The notes under the pieces are model-generated. The model was not told the origin of the DNA, ran no database searches, and saw nothing but the letters and a program-made list of their open reading frames with translations. Both the position numbers and the translations under genes were made by a program. From assembly GCA_015654535.1 (NCBI GenBank), contig JAATGU010000120.1, positions 34,515-98,514 of the forward strand: a stretch of DNA of 64,000 bases, written 5' to 3'. Below are positions 1 to 9,434 of this stretch, in pieces; positions within the stretch are counted from its first letter, which is position 1; every line of letters starts with the position of its first letter. The DNA comes from Bacteroidales bacterium. Its GTDB lineage: Bacteria > Bacteroidota > Bacteroidia > Bacteroidales > Bacteroidaceae.

Positions 1-2308
1 GGAGTACTCCTCCATACTGATCTTGCCATCCTCCACCAGTGGTAAGCAATTGTTCGAGAATCAACGTCCGTTGGCAAATTTCATTCTTATCCCATGCTAG
101 TCCACAGAAATCGGATACAGCTCCTAACACTGTGGAAGCAAGGATGGAACTGGTTCCCAATCCTGAACCAGCGGGAATAGCCGCAAGCAAAGTAACTTCT
201 ATTCCTGAGCCAAATTCTTTCAATTGTTCTTCCAGAGAAGCGTATACCTTTCCTGCAAAGGCAGGGGCAAATCCCGCTAAAGTAAGTGCGGCTTTAGGAA
301 TGGAGAAAGGTGAACCTACTTTGGTAAAATAGCTCATTTCCTGGTAAGTGGAGACTACTTCCATTGCTCCCAGATCAATGGAACGAAGGATCACTTTATA
401 CTCTTTGCTAGGCTTTACATATACTTGCAAAGGAGGCTGACCGTTAAGTTCTATCGCTATATTGACCACATTTCCTCCAGAATAAAGGCAGAAAGGTGGT
501 GTATCTGTCCACCCACCGGCGAGATCAATACGAACCGGGCTACGTCCCCATACAATCTGATCGGGATAAACATTGAGAAAAGGTTGTTGTTTTTTTGCTG
601 ATAAAGAGCCAATTAATCCTTCCCGAAGTAAGGAAAAGGCTTTTTGTTCTTCTTCTTTATATTCTTTATGTTGCAATAATAAGGTGCGGGCACGGAACAT
701 TTGATTGTGAATACGTGTCATTAACGGAGCATCTTCTGGTAAAGCTTCAGGCAAGGTTATTTTTTGTCGGGCAAATTCAGCAGCAGCATCAGCCATATTC
801 AACTGATAAAAGATACTTTTCTCATAGTTGGCAGCTAAGGCAGGCCAATTTTTCTTTTGAAACATTTTCCGCTGAGCATAAAGTCTTTTTAAGTTAGCTT
901 TAGCAGACAGTTCATCGGCAGAAAGTCGTAAAGAATGCTCCCAGATTTCCTTCCCTTCAGCTAATGCTGGTTCTGAAATCATCCACCGAAATACAACTCC
1001 TAACTCTTCTATATTGTGGCAAACAGGGAATAACTTTGCCGCCTGAAGATCATCTATCCGTCCAAAGATTAAGTCGTCCAACTCAATTCCTCTCACAGCT
1101 ATCCACTTAGCAAATGCTTTTCCCATAAACATGGTAGTGCTCTCATTGAGAGCACCTTTAAATCCATCATTCAATCCATACGGGCGAGCCGCGTAGTCTT
1201 GTGAATCGATAGGGACCACATCCACACAAATTCCTGCCGGAAGTTTCAACTTCCAGTCATTCACCGGAACGCCAGTTATAATATGTTGATTGGACAAAGT
1301 CCATTGCTTTCCCACGAAGCTATTTTCCACCCACAACTCAGAATTATCAGCGGTAAGAGGCACTTCCAATTCTGCATTTTGAACAAACATAGCCGGATGA
1401 GGTTTCACCTTTCGCTGCATAATCTCTCGTTGGTCCCGCACCAAATTTTGTACTGCAAGTGTGGAAGATATCAGTTCTGTACTTGTTCCGTAGTGATAAA
1501 ATTCTCCACCTGGGAGGGGAAGAATAGCCACAGAAAGAGCATTCAACTCCTTATCTTTAATGCCAGGATGATCACCCAATGCCATTCCAAAATCAGAGTA
1601 TAGATCATAATATTTCAACTCTGTACCTTCGGAGGAGAAAGATCGCTTCATCAATAATTCCACCGCACGGTCACTCAATAGCCAGATGCCAATATCCATT
1701 AGGAACATGTGCGTCTTAGTCAATGCACCAAGCTCTTCAAGAGAAGGTTTCTGTAACATAAAATCCAGTTGATCCGAGCTTTTTCTATCTGAAACAAACA
1801 CACCATGATGAGTAGCCAGAGATGGGTCCACCCATAATCCGTAACAAACTACATCTGCCTGGGGGATGGGTTGCAATGATTTTTCGGAACGTATATAAAC
1901 ATCTCCACTGGCAATAAGCGTATGCAAGGAATCGGGAGCCATTTTCATGATCTGCTCGTAGAGAGGTAATTGAAGGGACAATAGGTTTTGTTTCAGCCGC
2001 TGGCCTCTCTCCCATCTGAAGACAGGTATTGGAGTTAATATTTTACCAGACGGAGCATAGCCAGGCAAACGTCTACTTTGTCCTCCTGCATGAAGTAATA
2101 TCCGTTTTTCCAGAGAAAGCCATTGAGTAAAATAGAGTTCTGGAGCATTCTTCCTTTGGCATTCAGCGAGCAACCAAGCAGTTCCTCCGCCCGAACCTAG
2201 TTTGGTGTCAATAGGATCGGAAGTACAAAACCAGTCCATATGGTCCAGTTCCTCAATTTCGTGGAAGCAATCTACTAAATTAGGAGGAAGCGATAGTAGT
2301 TTTTGCAT
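1..2308 (-). CDS. fkp: Bifunctional L-fucokinase/GDP-L-fucose pyrophosphorylase, 3' end beyond window edge
   Basis: Not in the ORF track because it has no stop in the window. Hand translation from ATG 2308 gives MQKLLSLPPNLVDCFHE...KLGSGGGT...LLHAGGQSRRLPGYAPSGK. The same frame reaches GHMP kinase motifs (SPVRIDLAGGWTD, PAGSGLGTSS, GGGWQDQYGG) at position 1. Confidence 0.95.
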   Translation of the reverse strand, partial: MQKLLSLPPNLVDCFHEIEELDHMDWFCTSDPIDTKLGSGGGTAWLLAECQRKNAPELYFTQWLSLEKRILLHAGGQSRRLPGYAPSGKILTPIPVFRWERGQRLKQNLLSLQLPLYEQIMKMAPDSLHTLIASGDVYIRSEKSLQPIPQADVVCYGLWVDPSLATHHGVFVSDRKSSDQLDFMLQKPSLEELGALTKTHMFLMDIGIWLLSDRAVELLMKRSFSSEGTELKYYDLYSDFGMALGDHPGIKDKELNALSVAILPLPGGEFYHYGTSTELISSTLAVQNLVRDQREIMQRKVKPHPAMFVQNAELEVPLTADNSELWVENSFVGKQWTLSNQHIITGVPVNDWKLKLPAGICVDVVPIDSQDYAARPYGLNDGFKGALNESTTMFMGKAFAKWIAVRGIELDDLIFGRIDDLQAAKLFPVCHNIEELGVVFRWMISEPALAEGKEIWEHSLRLSADELSAKANLKRLYAQRKMFQKKNWPALAANYEKSIFYQLNMADAAAEFARQKITLPEALPEDAPLMTRIHNQMFRARTLLLQHKEYKEEEQKAFSLLREGLIGSLSAKKQQPFLNVYPDQIVWGRSPVRIDLAGGWTDTPPFCLYSGGNVVNIAIELNGQPPLQVYVKPSKEYKVILRSIDLGAMEVVSTYQEMSYFTKVGSPFSIPKAALTLAGFAPAFAGKVYASLEEQLKEFGSGIEVTLLAAIPAGSGLGTSSILASTVLGAVSDFCGLAWDKNEICQRTLILEQLLTTGGGWQDQYGGVL

Positions 2309-2344
2309 AATATGTTGAATATTTTAATATTTTTTCAATGATCT

Positions 2345-3520
2345 CTACCAACCTGTTTGATCCCAGCCGGCAGCAGTATACCAGGAAAGTGTTTTATAAA
2401 AAGAGTTATTTTTAGTTTTTCCTTGTTGAGGGATGTATGTACCTAGTCCACAAAAAACATTGATAGGAATAACATCTTCAGCACCATTAACCACAGAGGT
2501 CAAGTTTGGCGTTTGTAACTTATATATCACAGCATTATTCAATGCAGTACCAAAAGCAATATCAGTATTAGCGGATATAGAATCCATAAACTGCTTTAAG
2601 TCATAAAAATCATGTTGCCCGGTAATATCGCTCGGAGATCCATTGCTATCAAAATATTGAAATCCAGAAGGAGAAAAAGAATTGACTTTTATAATGTTTT
2701 TTCCTATAATGAGCTTCACTTGTGCGGCAAGAGCATCCATTTGATCTAATTTGATGATAGAAACAAGAGCTGATCTACTATCACGACTTTGGCTGTCATA
2801 ATAATTATAATACAAATCTGCAATCTTTTTTAAATTATCTTCCCCTGATTTAAATAAATAAGGAGTTACTTCTTTATATGGAAATCCTGCGGCCATCACT
2901 TCACCCGTTGATGCAATCAAATAGTCAGAAATATCCCGAAACTCATACGCAGGCTCAGCACAGCCCATGAAACAGGCATCAAATAACATAAAATCAAAAT
3001 GATAGTTTGTAGATTTCAATGCGTCAGCCATATCAGTTATATCCATTTGATAGTTACTATCCCAGCCAAAAGATTTTGATTTAACTTTCTTCGTTGCCGG
3101 AAGCCACCCAGTGGCATGAGAGGAAAAAATAGCTCCATATTGTTTAGCTGGACGCAAAGTAAAAGCATCCGAAAAAACTTGAGCCATAACTGTTTTATCT
3201 GTCGATATCTGATCAGGATATGTTTTGATTACTATTTTATCAACAGTACCAATACTATTTTTCACTAGTTCATATAGCAACGGATATCCACCTCTATCAT
3301 AATAGATAAGAAAATGAGTATTACTATCTTGTACCGAAGCATATCCTATTACCATATCGGCTACATTCTTATCCAAATCTTCCGTCAGACCAGTACTTGA
3401 ATCACCCATTACATAAGCCAGTACCGTGCGGTTGACTGTTATAGGCGCAGCGGGTTCATCATCATGCTGACAAGAAGATAGCGCAAATAAAATGAGTAAT
3501 AGTGAAAAGAGCTTTTTCAT
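2345..3520 (-). CDS. Clostripain-family (C11) cysteine peptidase lipoprotein
   Basis: Lipobox LSSC followed by acidic QHDDE. Catalytic His context FSSHATGW and catalytic Cys context LFDACFMG. Confidence 0.9.
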   Translation of the reverse strand: MKKLFSLLLILFALSSCQHDDEPAAPITVNRTVLAYVMGDSSTGLTEDLDKNVADMVIGYASVQDSNTHFLIYYDRGGYPLLYELVKNSIGTVDKIVIKTYPDQISTDKTVMAQVFSDAFTLRPAKQYGAIFSSHATGWLPATKKVKSKSFGWDSNYQMDITDMADALKSTNYHFDFMLFDACFMGCAEPAYEFRDISDYLIASTGEVMAAGFPYKEVTPYLFKSGEDNLKKIADLYYNYYDSQSRDSRSALVSIIKLDQMDALAAQVKLIIGKNIIKVNSFSPSGFQYFDSNGSPSDITGQHDFYDLKQFMDSISANTDIAFGTALNNAVIYKLQTPNLTSVVNGAEDVIPINVFCGLGTYIPQQGKTKNNSFYKTLSWYTAAGWDQTGW

Positions 3521-3549
3521 TGATCATTCAGAAGATTAAATTTCAGCTA

Positions 3550-3945
3550 TTACTGAGGTTTAGTAAATTGGAAATCTTTCTTCTCAATCGGTTGAAAAGA
3601 CGAGGATTTATTCTTCTTATACTTTGCAGATAGTTTTGAAAAATCTTTTGTTATACCGCTTTTACTATCAGAGAAATAGATCATACATGTACGATTTTCA
3701 AGACCTTTTCCTTCCAAATAGTTTTTAAGCTGATAGCTATAAGCCTCTCTTTTAGGGAGAAATCCTTCTTTAGTAAGTTGAGCACTATCCAGTACCTGGA
3801 TGTCTGTATAATAAACCACTGAATCTGTAAAGGAAGCAGAGATGCCAAATGCATAAACTGTTTTCTGGCTTTTCTTAAATAAAGAGAAAGATGAGAGCAC
3901 ACATAGCATCACCACCGCAGATAATAGGACTTTTACAAATTTCAT
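3550..3945 (-). CDS. Small basic secreted hypothetical protein
   Basis: ATG 3945 gives MKFVKVLLSAVVMLCVLSSFS, a signal peptide. The gene lies in tandem between the sigma factor and the C11 protease. Confidence 0.7.
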   Translation of the reverse strand: MKFVKVLLSAVVMLCVLSSFSLFKKSQKTVYAFGISASFTDSVVYYTDIQVLDSAQLTKEGFLPKREAYSYQLKNYLEGKGLENRTCMIYFSDSKSGITKDFSKLSAKYKKNKSSSFQPIEKKDFQFTKPQ

Positions 3946-4022
3946 AGACGCATATATTTTGATAATATTTTCGATACAAAGATAACGAAAAGCATAGAAT
4001 GCCAAAGTAAAATGAAAGAAAA

Positions 4023-4058
4023 ATAAAGCCGATTCACTTTTTGATGAACCGGCTTTAT
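4023..4058 (-). terminator. Intrinsic terminator after the primary sigma factor gene
   Basis: Near-perfect inverted repeat taaagccgattca...tgaaccggcttta with an A-run on the + strand (U-tract on -). Confidence 0.7.
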
Positions 4059-4088
4059 ATACTATTTCTAAGAAATTGAATTTCCTAC

Positions 4089-4949
4089 TTATCCCAAATA
4101 GGACTTGAGTAATTTACTACGCGAATTTTGTCTTAATCTTCTTATTGCTTTTTCCTTAATCTGACGAACGCGCTCACGGGTGAGGCCAAATTTATCGCCG
4201 ATTTCTTCTAAAGTCATTTCTTGCTTTTCAATACCGAAGAACATTTGGATTATCTCCTTTTCTCTGTCGGTTAACGTAGAAAGAGCTCTATCAATTTCCT
4301 TTGCAAGAGATTCATTAACCAGGGCACGATCCGCCATTGGCGAATCATCATTGACTAACACATCTAAAAGGCTGTTATCTTCTCCCTCAACAAATGGGGC
4401 ATCTACTGAAATGTGTCTTCCCGACACTTTCAGTGTATCCGATATTTTGTCTACGGGGATATCTAATTCATCTGCCAGTTCTTCAGGCGAAGGTTTACGT
4501 TCGTTTTCTTGCTCAAATTTAGAGAAGGCTTTACTTATTTTATTCAGAGAGCCTACCTGATTAAGAGGAAGACGAACAATACGAGATTGCTCTGCCAAAG
4601 CTTGAAGGATCGATTGACGAATCCACCATACAGCATAACTGATAAATTTAAATCCACGTGTTTCGTCAAACTTCTCAGCTGCCTTTATCAGTCCCAGGTT
4701 GCCTTCATTTATTAAATCGGGCAAACTTAAGCCTTGGTTTTGATATTGTTTAGCTACAGATACAACGAAACGAAGATTTGCACGTGTCAGTTTTTCTAAT
4801 GCTACACGGTCTCCCTTACGAATGCGTTGGGCAAGTTCTACTTCTTCTTCAACAGTAATAAGGTCTTCACGACCGATTTCCTGTAGATACTTATCAAGAG
4901 AAGCACTTTCCCTGTTAGTGATACTTTTGGTAATCTTTAATTGTCTCAT
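4089..4949 (-). CDS. rpoD: Primary sigma-70 factor of the Bacteroidetes type (no region 1.1)
   Basis: [15 protein letters not shown] start. Region 2 motifs [33 protein letters not shown]. Region 4 motif TLEEIG...[16 protein letters not shown] -7 box at 4974-4981 (-). Confidence 0.95.
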   Translation of the reverse strand: MRQLKITKSITNRESASLDKYLQEIGREDLITVEEEVELAQRIRKGDRVALEKLTRANLRFVVSVAKQYQNQGLSLPDLINEGNLGLIKAAEKFDETRGFKFISYAVWWIRQSILQALAEQSRIVRLPLNQVGSLNKISKAFSKFEQENERKPSPEELADELDIPVDKISDTLKVSGRHISVDAPFVEGEDNSLLDVLVNDDSPMADRALVNESLAKEIDRALSTLTDREKEIIQMFFGIEKQEMTLEEIGDKFGLTRERVRQIKEKAIRRLRQNSRSKLLKSYLG

Positions 4950-5043
4950 GCTTATTAAACAGATTTGAGGGGACAAAGTTACAACAAAATATTCGTTTTA
5001 ACACTAATATAATTCTATTTTGTTTATATTAGTATCTATAAAC

Positions 5044-5106
5044 ATAGTAATACACAGACTTGTTCAAAATGGATCTTCCATTTGATACAAATCTGTGTAT
5101 TACTAT
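5044..5106 (-). terminator. Long hairpin between degP and rpoD (terminator or processing stem)
   Basis: atagtaatacacaga...tctgtgtattactat is a perfect 15-bp outer stem, with an inner aatgga/tccatt stem. Confidence 0.6.
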
Positions 5107-5126
5107 ATTTAAACCTCACTAGAATA

Positions 5127-6626
5127 TCAATCTTTGGTTGATAAATCTACTGCATAATTAACACGTTTGCCTGAAGGGAACATACCTGCCATAAACAAGA
5201 CTTGCTCTGGTGACTGAGTAGCTACTTTAAACAAAGTTTCAAAGTCAGCAACCGACTTAACCGGTTGTCCGTTAACTTTTAAAATGATTAAACCTTTGGT
5301 GATGCCCGCTTGTTGCATTTTACCAGAAGATACACCAGTAACCTGCAATCCATAAGACAGGTTCAATTGCTCTTTTAAATCTTTGGGTAGTTCTCTAAAG
5401 GCAGCTCCTAAAATTTCCATACCAGCATTCTTCACTACTTTGGTATTTCCTTGTGAATTCTTCAAGGTCACATCCAATACCTTTTCTTTCTTGTCACGAA
5501 CCACCTTTACTTTGATTTTGCTTCCAGGAGTCTGACGAGCAATGGTTTCTTGTAATTCGGCCATCGACTTAATGGATTTTCCGTTAATTTCTATAATAAC
5601 GTCTTTAACCTTAAATCCGGCATCGGCGGCAGAACCTCCTTCTATCACTTCGTCCACATAAACGCCATCATTCACGCCTAAGTCTTTATCTTTGGATATC
5701 TCAGCGCTATTGTCACCTCCTTTAATACCCAACAAAGCACGCTGAACGGTTCCATATTGTTTGAGGTCGGCAATAATTTTAGTCATGATACTGGATGGAA
5801 TAGCAAAGCCATAACCTGCATAAGCTCCTGTAGGTGAATAAATAGCAGAGTTAATACCCACCAATTCACCTCGAGTATTGACTAACGCACCTCCACTGTT
5901 TCCTTTGTTAACTGCCGCATCGGTCTGAATAAAGGATTCCACTCCTCCACCTCCCATGCCGAGATTACGAGCTTTTGCACTGACAATACCTGCTGTAACC
6001 GTAGAAGATAAATTGAACGGGTTGCCCACGGCAAGTACCCATTCGCCGATTTTCAGTTCATCCGAATTACCGACCGGAAGAGTAGGGAAATCTTTTCCTT
6101 CTATCTTGATCAAAGCTAAGTCTGTAGGAGCATCCGCACCAATCAAGCGAGCCTTAAATTCGCGCTTATCATTCAGTGTAACTGTTATTTCGTCGCTATT
6201 ATCAATCACATGATTATTGGTCACAATGTATCCATCTTTTGAAATGATCACTCCAGACCCTACTCCTTCTTGTTTGGGTTGCTGAACTTGTCGCTGACCA
6301 CCACCACCACGATTGCCAAAAAAGTCACCAAAGAAATCAGAAAACGGGTCTTGAACATCTACCGTTGTAGTTTTCTCATTAATGGTAGATTTGATATGAA
6401 CCACTGCATGCACAGAATTCTCTGCTGCCATGGTAAAATCTACTGGAGCAGCGGCTGACAGGCTATAACTAGCACGCTGTACATTGGGATTTTGCGGGAA
6501 CAGATCCTCATATGTCTGAGCTGTTTTCTTTGGAGAAATAATTGAGTAAGTCGTAACTCCAGCCACTCCAGAACTTATTGCGATTACAAGCCCTAAACCT
6601 AAGAAGTTTTTTGTTGTCTGTTTCAT
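5127..6626 (-). CDS. degP: Do/DegQ (HtrA) family serine endoprotease with two PDZ domains
   Basis: Motifs VTNNHVI, DLALIKI, QTDAAVNKGNSGGAL and C-terminal PDZ repeats. Likely start ATG 6626 (MKQTTK). Confidence 0.93.
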   Translation of the reverse strand: MKQTTKNFLGLGLVIAISSGVAGVTTYSIISPKKTAQTYEDLFPQNPNVQRASYSLSAAAPVDFTMAAENSVHAVVHIKSTINEKTTTVDVQDPFSDFFGDFFGNRGGGGQRQVQQPKQEGVGSGVIISKDGYIVTNNHVIDNSDEITVTLNDKREFKARLIGADAPTDLALIKIEGKDFPTLPVGNSDELKIGEWVLAVGNPFNLSSTVTAGIVSAKARNLGMGGGGVESFIQTDAAVNKGNSGGALVNTRGELVGINSAIYSPTGAYAGYGFAIPSSIMTKIIADLKQYGTVQRALLGIKGGDNSAEISKDKDLGVNDGVYVDEVIEGGSAADAGFKVKDVIIEINGKSIKSMAELQETIARQTPGSKIKVKVVRDKKEKVLDVTLKNSQGNTKVVKNAGMEILGAAFRELPKDLKEQLNLSYGLQVTGVSSGKMQQAGITKGLIILKVNGQPVKSVADFETLFKVATQSPEQVLFMAGMFPSGKRVNYAVDLSTKD

Positions 6627-6912
6627 TTTATTTATTTCCTTTAATTTGTTAATATTATGTTTATCGCTTAACATTTGCGGTGCTAAAATAACAACAAAAA
6701 GTAGTTTGTTATTCATCTGATCCGTAATTTTTGCTATCTTTTAACACAGTAATTAACAGCTTAACAGCGATTAACGGCAAATGCTTATAAATTTACCTTC
6801 ATTAGATAAATAATTGCGTCCGGTAATTATAGAAGATCCATTCATAAATAAAAAGAATTGATGAATGCCTAGGCAATGTCTGGTGAATGGACAGAGGATA
6901 AAGGCTGATAAA

Positions 6913-8256
6913 TTAAAGAGGGGTTTGAAGATATTCTATGTCCATATTCCAACTCCATTGGTTAAAATAGAGATTACCTTTTCTCCACTCCACTTCCCCG
7001 CGCTGAAAATCCACCGTTTCGCTACGAATGTACTTCTTTGCCGGAAATAAAGGAAAAGAAAAATCATCATTTACAATCATACGATAAGAATCAATGCCAT
7101 TGGTAAAAAAGTATTTTTCATCTTCGTTCTGTGATGGGAAGAGACCAAAAGACTGATCAACAGGTACCCAACCGATACCTTCAAAATAAACCTGAGCCCA
7201 GTCGTGCATATTTTTCCCTCCGGGATGCATCATAAATCCACTTTGAAATTTTGCTGGAATGCCGCTACAGCGGGCAAGAGTGATAAAAAGTAAACTTACC
7301 TGTCCGCAATCACCATGTTTATTATCGAGCACATATTCGGGGATATTCTCTATCGTGGAATATTCACGAGCGGATGCCCAAGGAAACTGATTGATCCATT
7401 CGTAAATACGCTTTACCTTAAGATACGGATTTTGCTCATCACCTACCAACTGCCGAGCCAATGCTTTTATGCGAGGAGTGAAGCGAACTTGAGTCTCTCG
7501 TTCACGCGTGTATTCCTTATATATAGACGAGCTCTTTTGGTAAGGCAGAATATCTTGAGGAGTGAGATGATCCCACTCGGCACGGGAAGTATATTCATAT
7601 TCGGCTGAGAATACGGTGGGTTGACCCTTCACCTGTTTTTTTTCCATGTAGAGTGTGGAGTGTTTATACTTTGAAGGTGATAGCTGATAGCTGGATTCAC
7701 TGGTATGAAGCAACTTTACATTTGTCTGACGAGGCTGATCGGTTCGCGGAAAAGGTAACCAACAACGAATTATTTCTCCCGCGGGCACCGCATCGGGCTT
7801 CACCGTCAAGGTATACTTTATCCGCATGGACACAGGGAGCACTCTGTTTTGGTGTTGTTCCTTTACCGTCCGCACCACCAACGGAACATGCGTGGCATTA
7901 ATCTTTTCAGATCCGTCCACTACTACCCCATCCTTTGCCTTTTTAATGGCAGCCGCTTCTTTATTGATCCGAAAAAGATTGGGAGCGGCATTGTAAAAGT
8001 ATCGCTTCTGTCCGTCTATTAAAATACATTCCAGAGATTTTTCTTTTTCCCACTGCAATAGCTGATCTTCAGTAACATTCGGAATATAAGTACGAATATA
8101 GGAGGTTACTTGCTCTTTCGTCTTGGAAAAGTCCAGCCGGACACGATTCATTCTCTCTTGATCTATGCGCTTCTTAGGCACCGCTGAAACACAAACAGCT
8201 AACAATAAGAATCCACAAAAAATAATCCAGCATTTCTTTTTCATTCTTCTCCTCAT
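6913..8256 (-). CDS. Exported transglutaminase-like domain protein
   Basis: Signal peptide. Triad-like motifs HGDCG (Cys), MHDWAQVY (His) and WVPVD (Asp). Confidence 0.85.
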   Translation of the reverse strand: MRRRMKKKCWIIFCGFLLLAVCVSAVPKKRIDQERMNRVRLDFSKTKEQVTSYIRTYIPNVTEDQLLQWEKEKSLECILIDGQKRYFYNAAPNLFRINKEAAAIKKAKDGVVVDGSEKINATHVPLVVRTVKEQHQNRVLPVSMRIKYTLTVKPDAVPAGEIIRCWLPFPRTDQPRQTNVKLLHTSESSYQLSPSKYKHSTLYMEKKQVKGQPTVFSAEYEYTSRAEWDHLTPQDILPYQKSSSIYKEYTRERETQVRFTPRIKALARQLVGDEQNPYLKVKRIYEWINQFPWASAREYSTIENIPEYVLDNKHGDCGQVSLLFITLARCSGIPAKFQSGFMMHPGGKNMHDWAQVYFEGIGWVPVDQSFGLFPSQNEDEKYFFTNGIDSYRMIVNDDFSFPLFPAKKYIRSETVDFQRGEVEWRKGNLYFNQWSWNMDIEYLQTPL

Positions 8257-8271
8257 TTTATCCTAATAATG

Positions 8272-9423
8272 TTACAGCTTCTGTATTCCAATTCCCGGAA
8301 GATCATTAAGCGTAATCTTTCCTTTCACTACTTCCATGCCTTTGAAAAGATCGTTTGAGATAAGCAGATTACCATCCAGGTCCGCAAAATCCACTGCGGG
8401 AGAGAACTGAGCGGCAGCCGATACGGCGCAAGAAGTTTCTGTCATACATCCCACCATAATCCGCATACCAAGGGCTCTTCCTAAGGTGACCATTTTCCAA
8501 GCTTCCCGCATACCAGTACACTTCATTAGTTTGATGTTGATCCCTGTGAAGGCACCTTTTAACTTTGCCACATCACCTAACCGTTGGAGAGATTCATCAG
8601 CGAAGATAGGAAGAGGGCTCTGTTGAGTAACCCAGGCAATATCATCTAACTGAGTCTTTGACATAGGTTGTTCCACCATCACAATACCTTGTTCTTTTAA
8701 CCACAAAATCATATCCAGTGCCTGATATTTATCTTTCCAACCTTGATTGGCATCCACGGCAATGGGTAATTGGGTAACGGAACGGATAGCATTGATTATC
8801 TCTTTATCATTCTCACGTCCAAGCTTCACTTTTAGAATATTGAATTTACCAGCTACTTCCAGTGTTTTTTCTTTCACCACTTCTGCTGTGTCAATGCCAA
8901 TGGTAAAGGTGGTTGAAGGAGCTTTCTCTTTATCCAGTCCCCAAATTTTATACCAAGGAGCACCAAGCAACTTCCCTACCAAGTCGTGAAGCGCAATATC
9001 CACGGACGCTTTGGCAGCAGTATTTCCAGGCATCACACCATCCACATACGCCAAAATATCTTCTAATTGAAACGGATCGCTGAATTGTTCTATATTCACT
9101 TTCTTGAGGAAAGTCATCACAGAGTCTACTGATTCCCCCAAATAAGGAGGCATGGATGCCTCACCATATCCGGTTACTCCGTCATATTCAATCTCCACCT
9201 GTACATCGGGAGTGGTGGTTCGAGAATAGGAGGCAACGGTAAAAACATGTTTCAGTTTTAAATCATACGGACGAAAAGTTAGTTTCATTTTACCGGAATG
9301 AGTATGTTTGTTAATTGAAAATAACGAGCTTGATTCTTTTGCCAAAGTGGCGTTCAATGCCAATCCGGAGCCTATGGCTGCGAATGCTGCGGTTTTAAGG
9401 AATTGTCTTCTATCCTGACTCAT
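8272..9423 (-). CDS. ykfB: L-Ala-D/L-Glu dipeptide epimerase (enolase superfamily) with Tat-like signal
   Basis: N-terminal DRRQFLK. Motifs KVKLG, DANQGW, VEQP, DESL, INIKLMKCTG, GCMTET and DLDG. Confidence 0.92.
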   Translation of the reverse strand: MSQDRRQFLKTAAFAAIGSGLALNATLAKESSSLFSINKHTHSGKMKLTFRPYDLKLKHVFTVASYSRTTTPDVQVEIEYDGVTGYGEASMPPYLGESVDSVMTFLKKVNIEQFSDPFQLEDILAYVDGVMPGNTAAKASVDIALHDLVGKLLGAPWYKIWGLDKEKAPSTTFTIGIDTAEVVKEKTLEVAGKFNILKVKLGRENDKEIINAIRSVTQLPIAVDANQGWKDKYQALDMILWLKEQGIVMVEQPMSKTQLDDIAWVTQQSPLPIFADESLQRLGDVAKLKGAFTGINIKLMKCTGMREAWKMVTLGRALGMRIMVGCMTETSCAVSAAAQFSPAVDFADLDGNLLISNDLFKGMEVVKGKITLNDLPGIGIQKL

Positions 9424-9434
9424 ATTTTTGTTTA

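Noticed and set aside
1-2308. Possible fkp pseudogene, because the ORF track shows no long ORF here and only a 76-aa minus-strand ORF at 1785-2015
   Set aside because: The start codon (2308) and the last codons at the window edge are in the same frame, and the parts I translated read as continuous Fkp. The ORF is unlisted because its stop lies outside the window.
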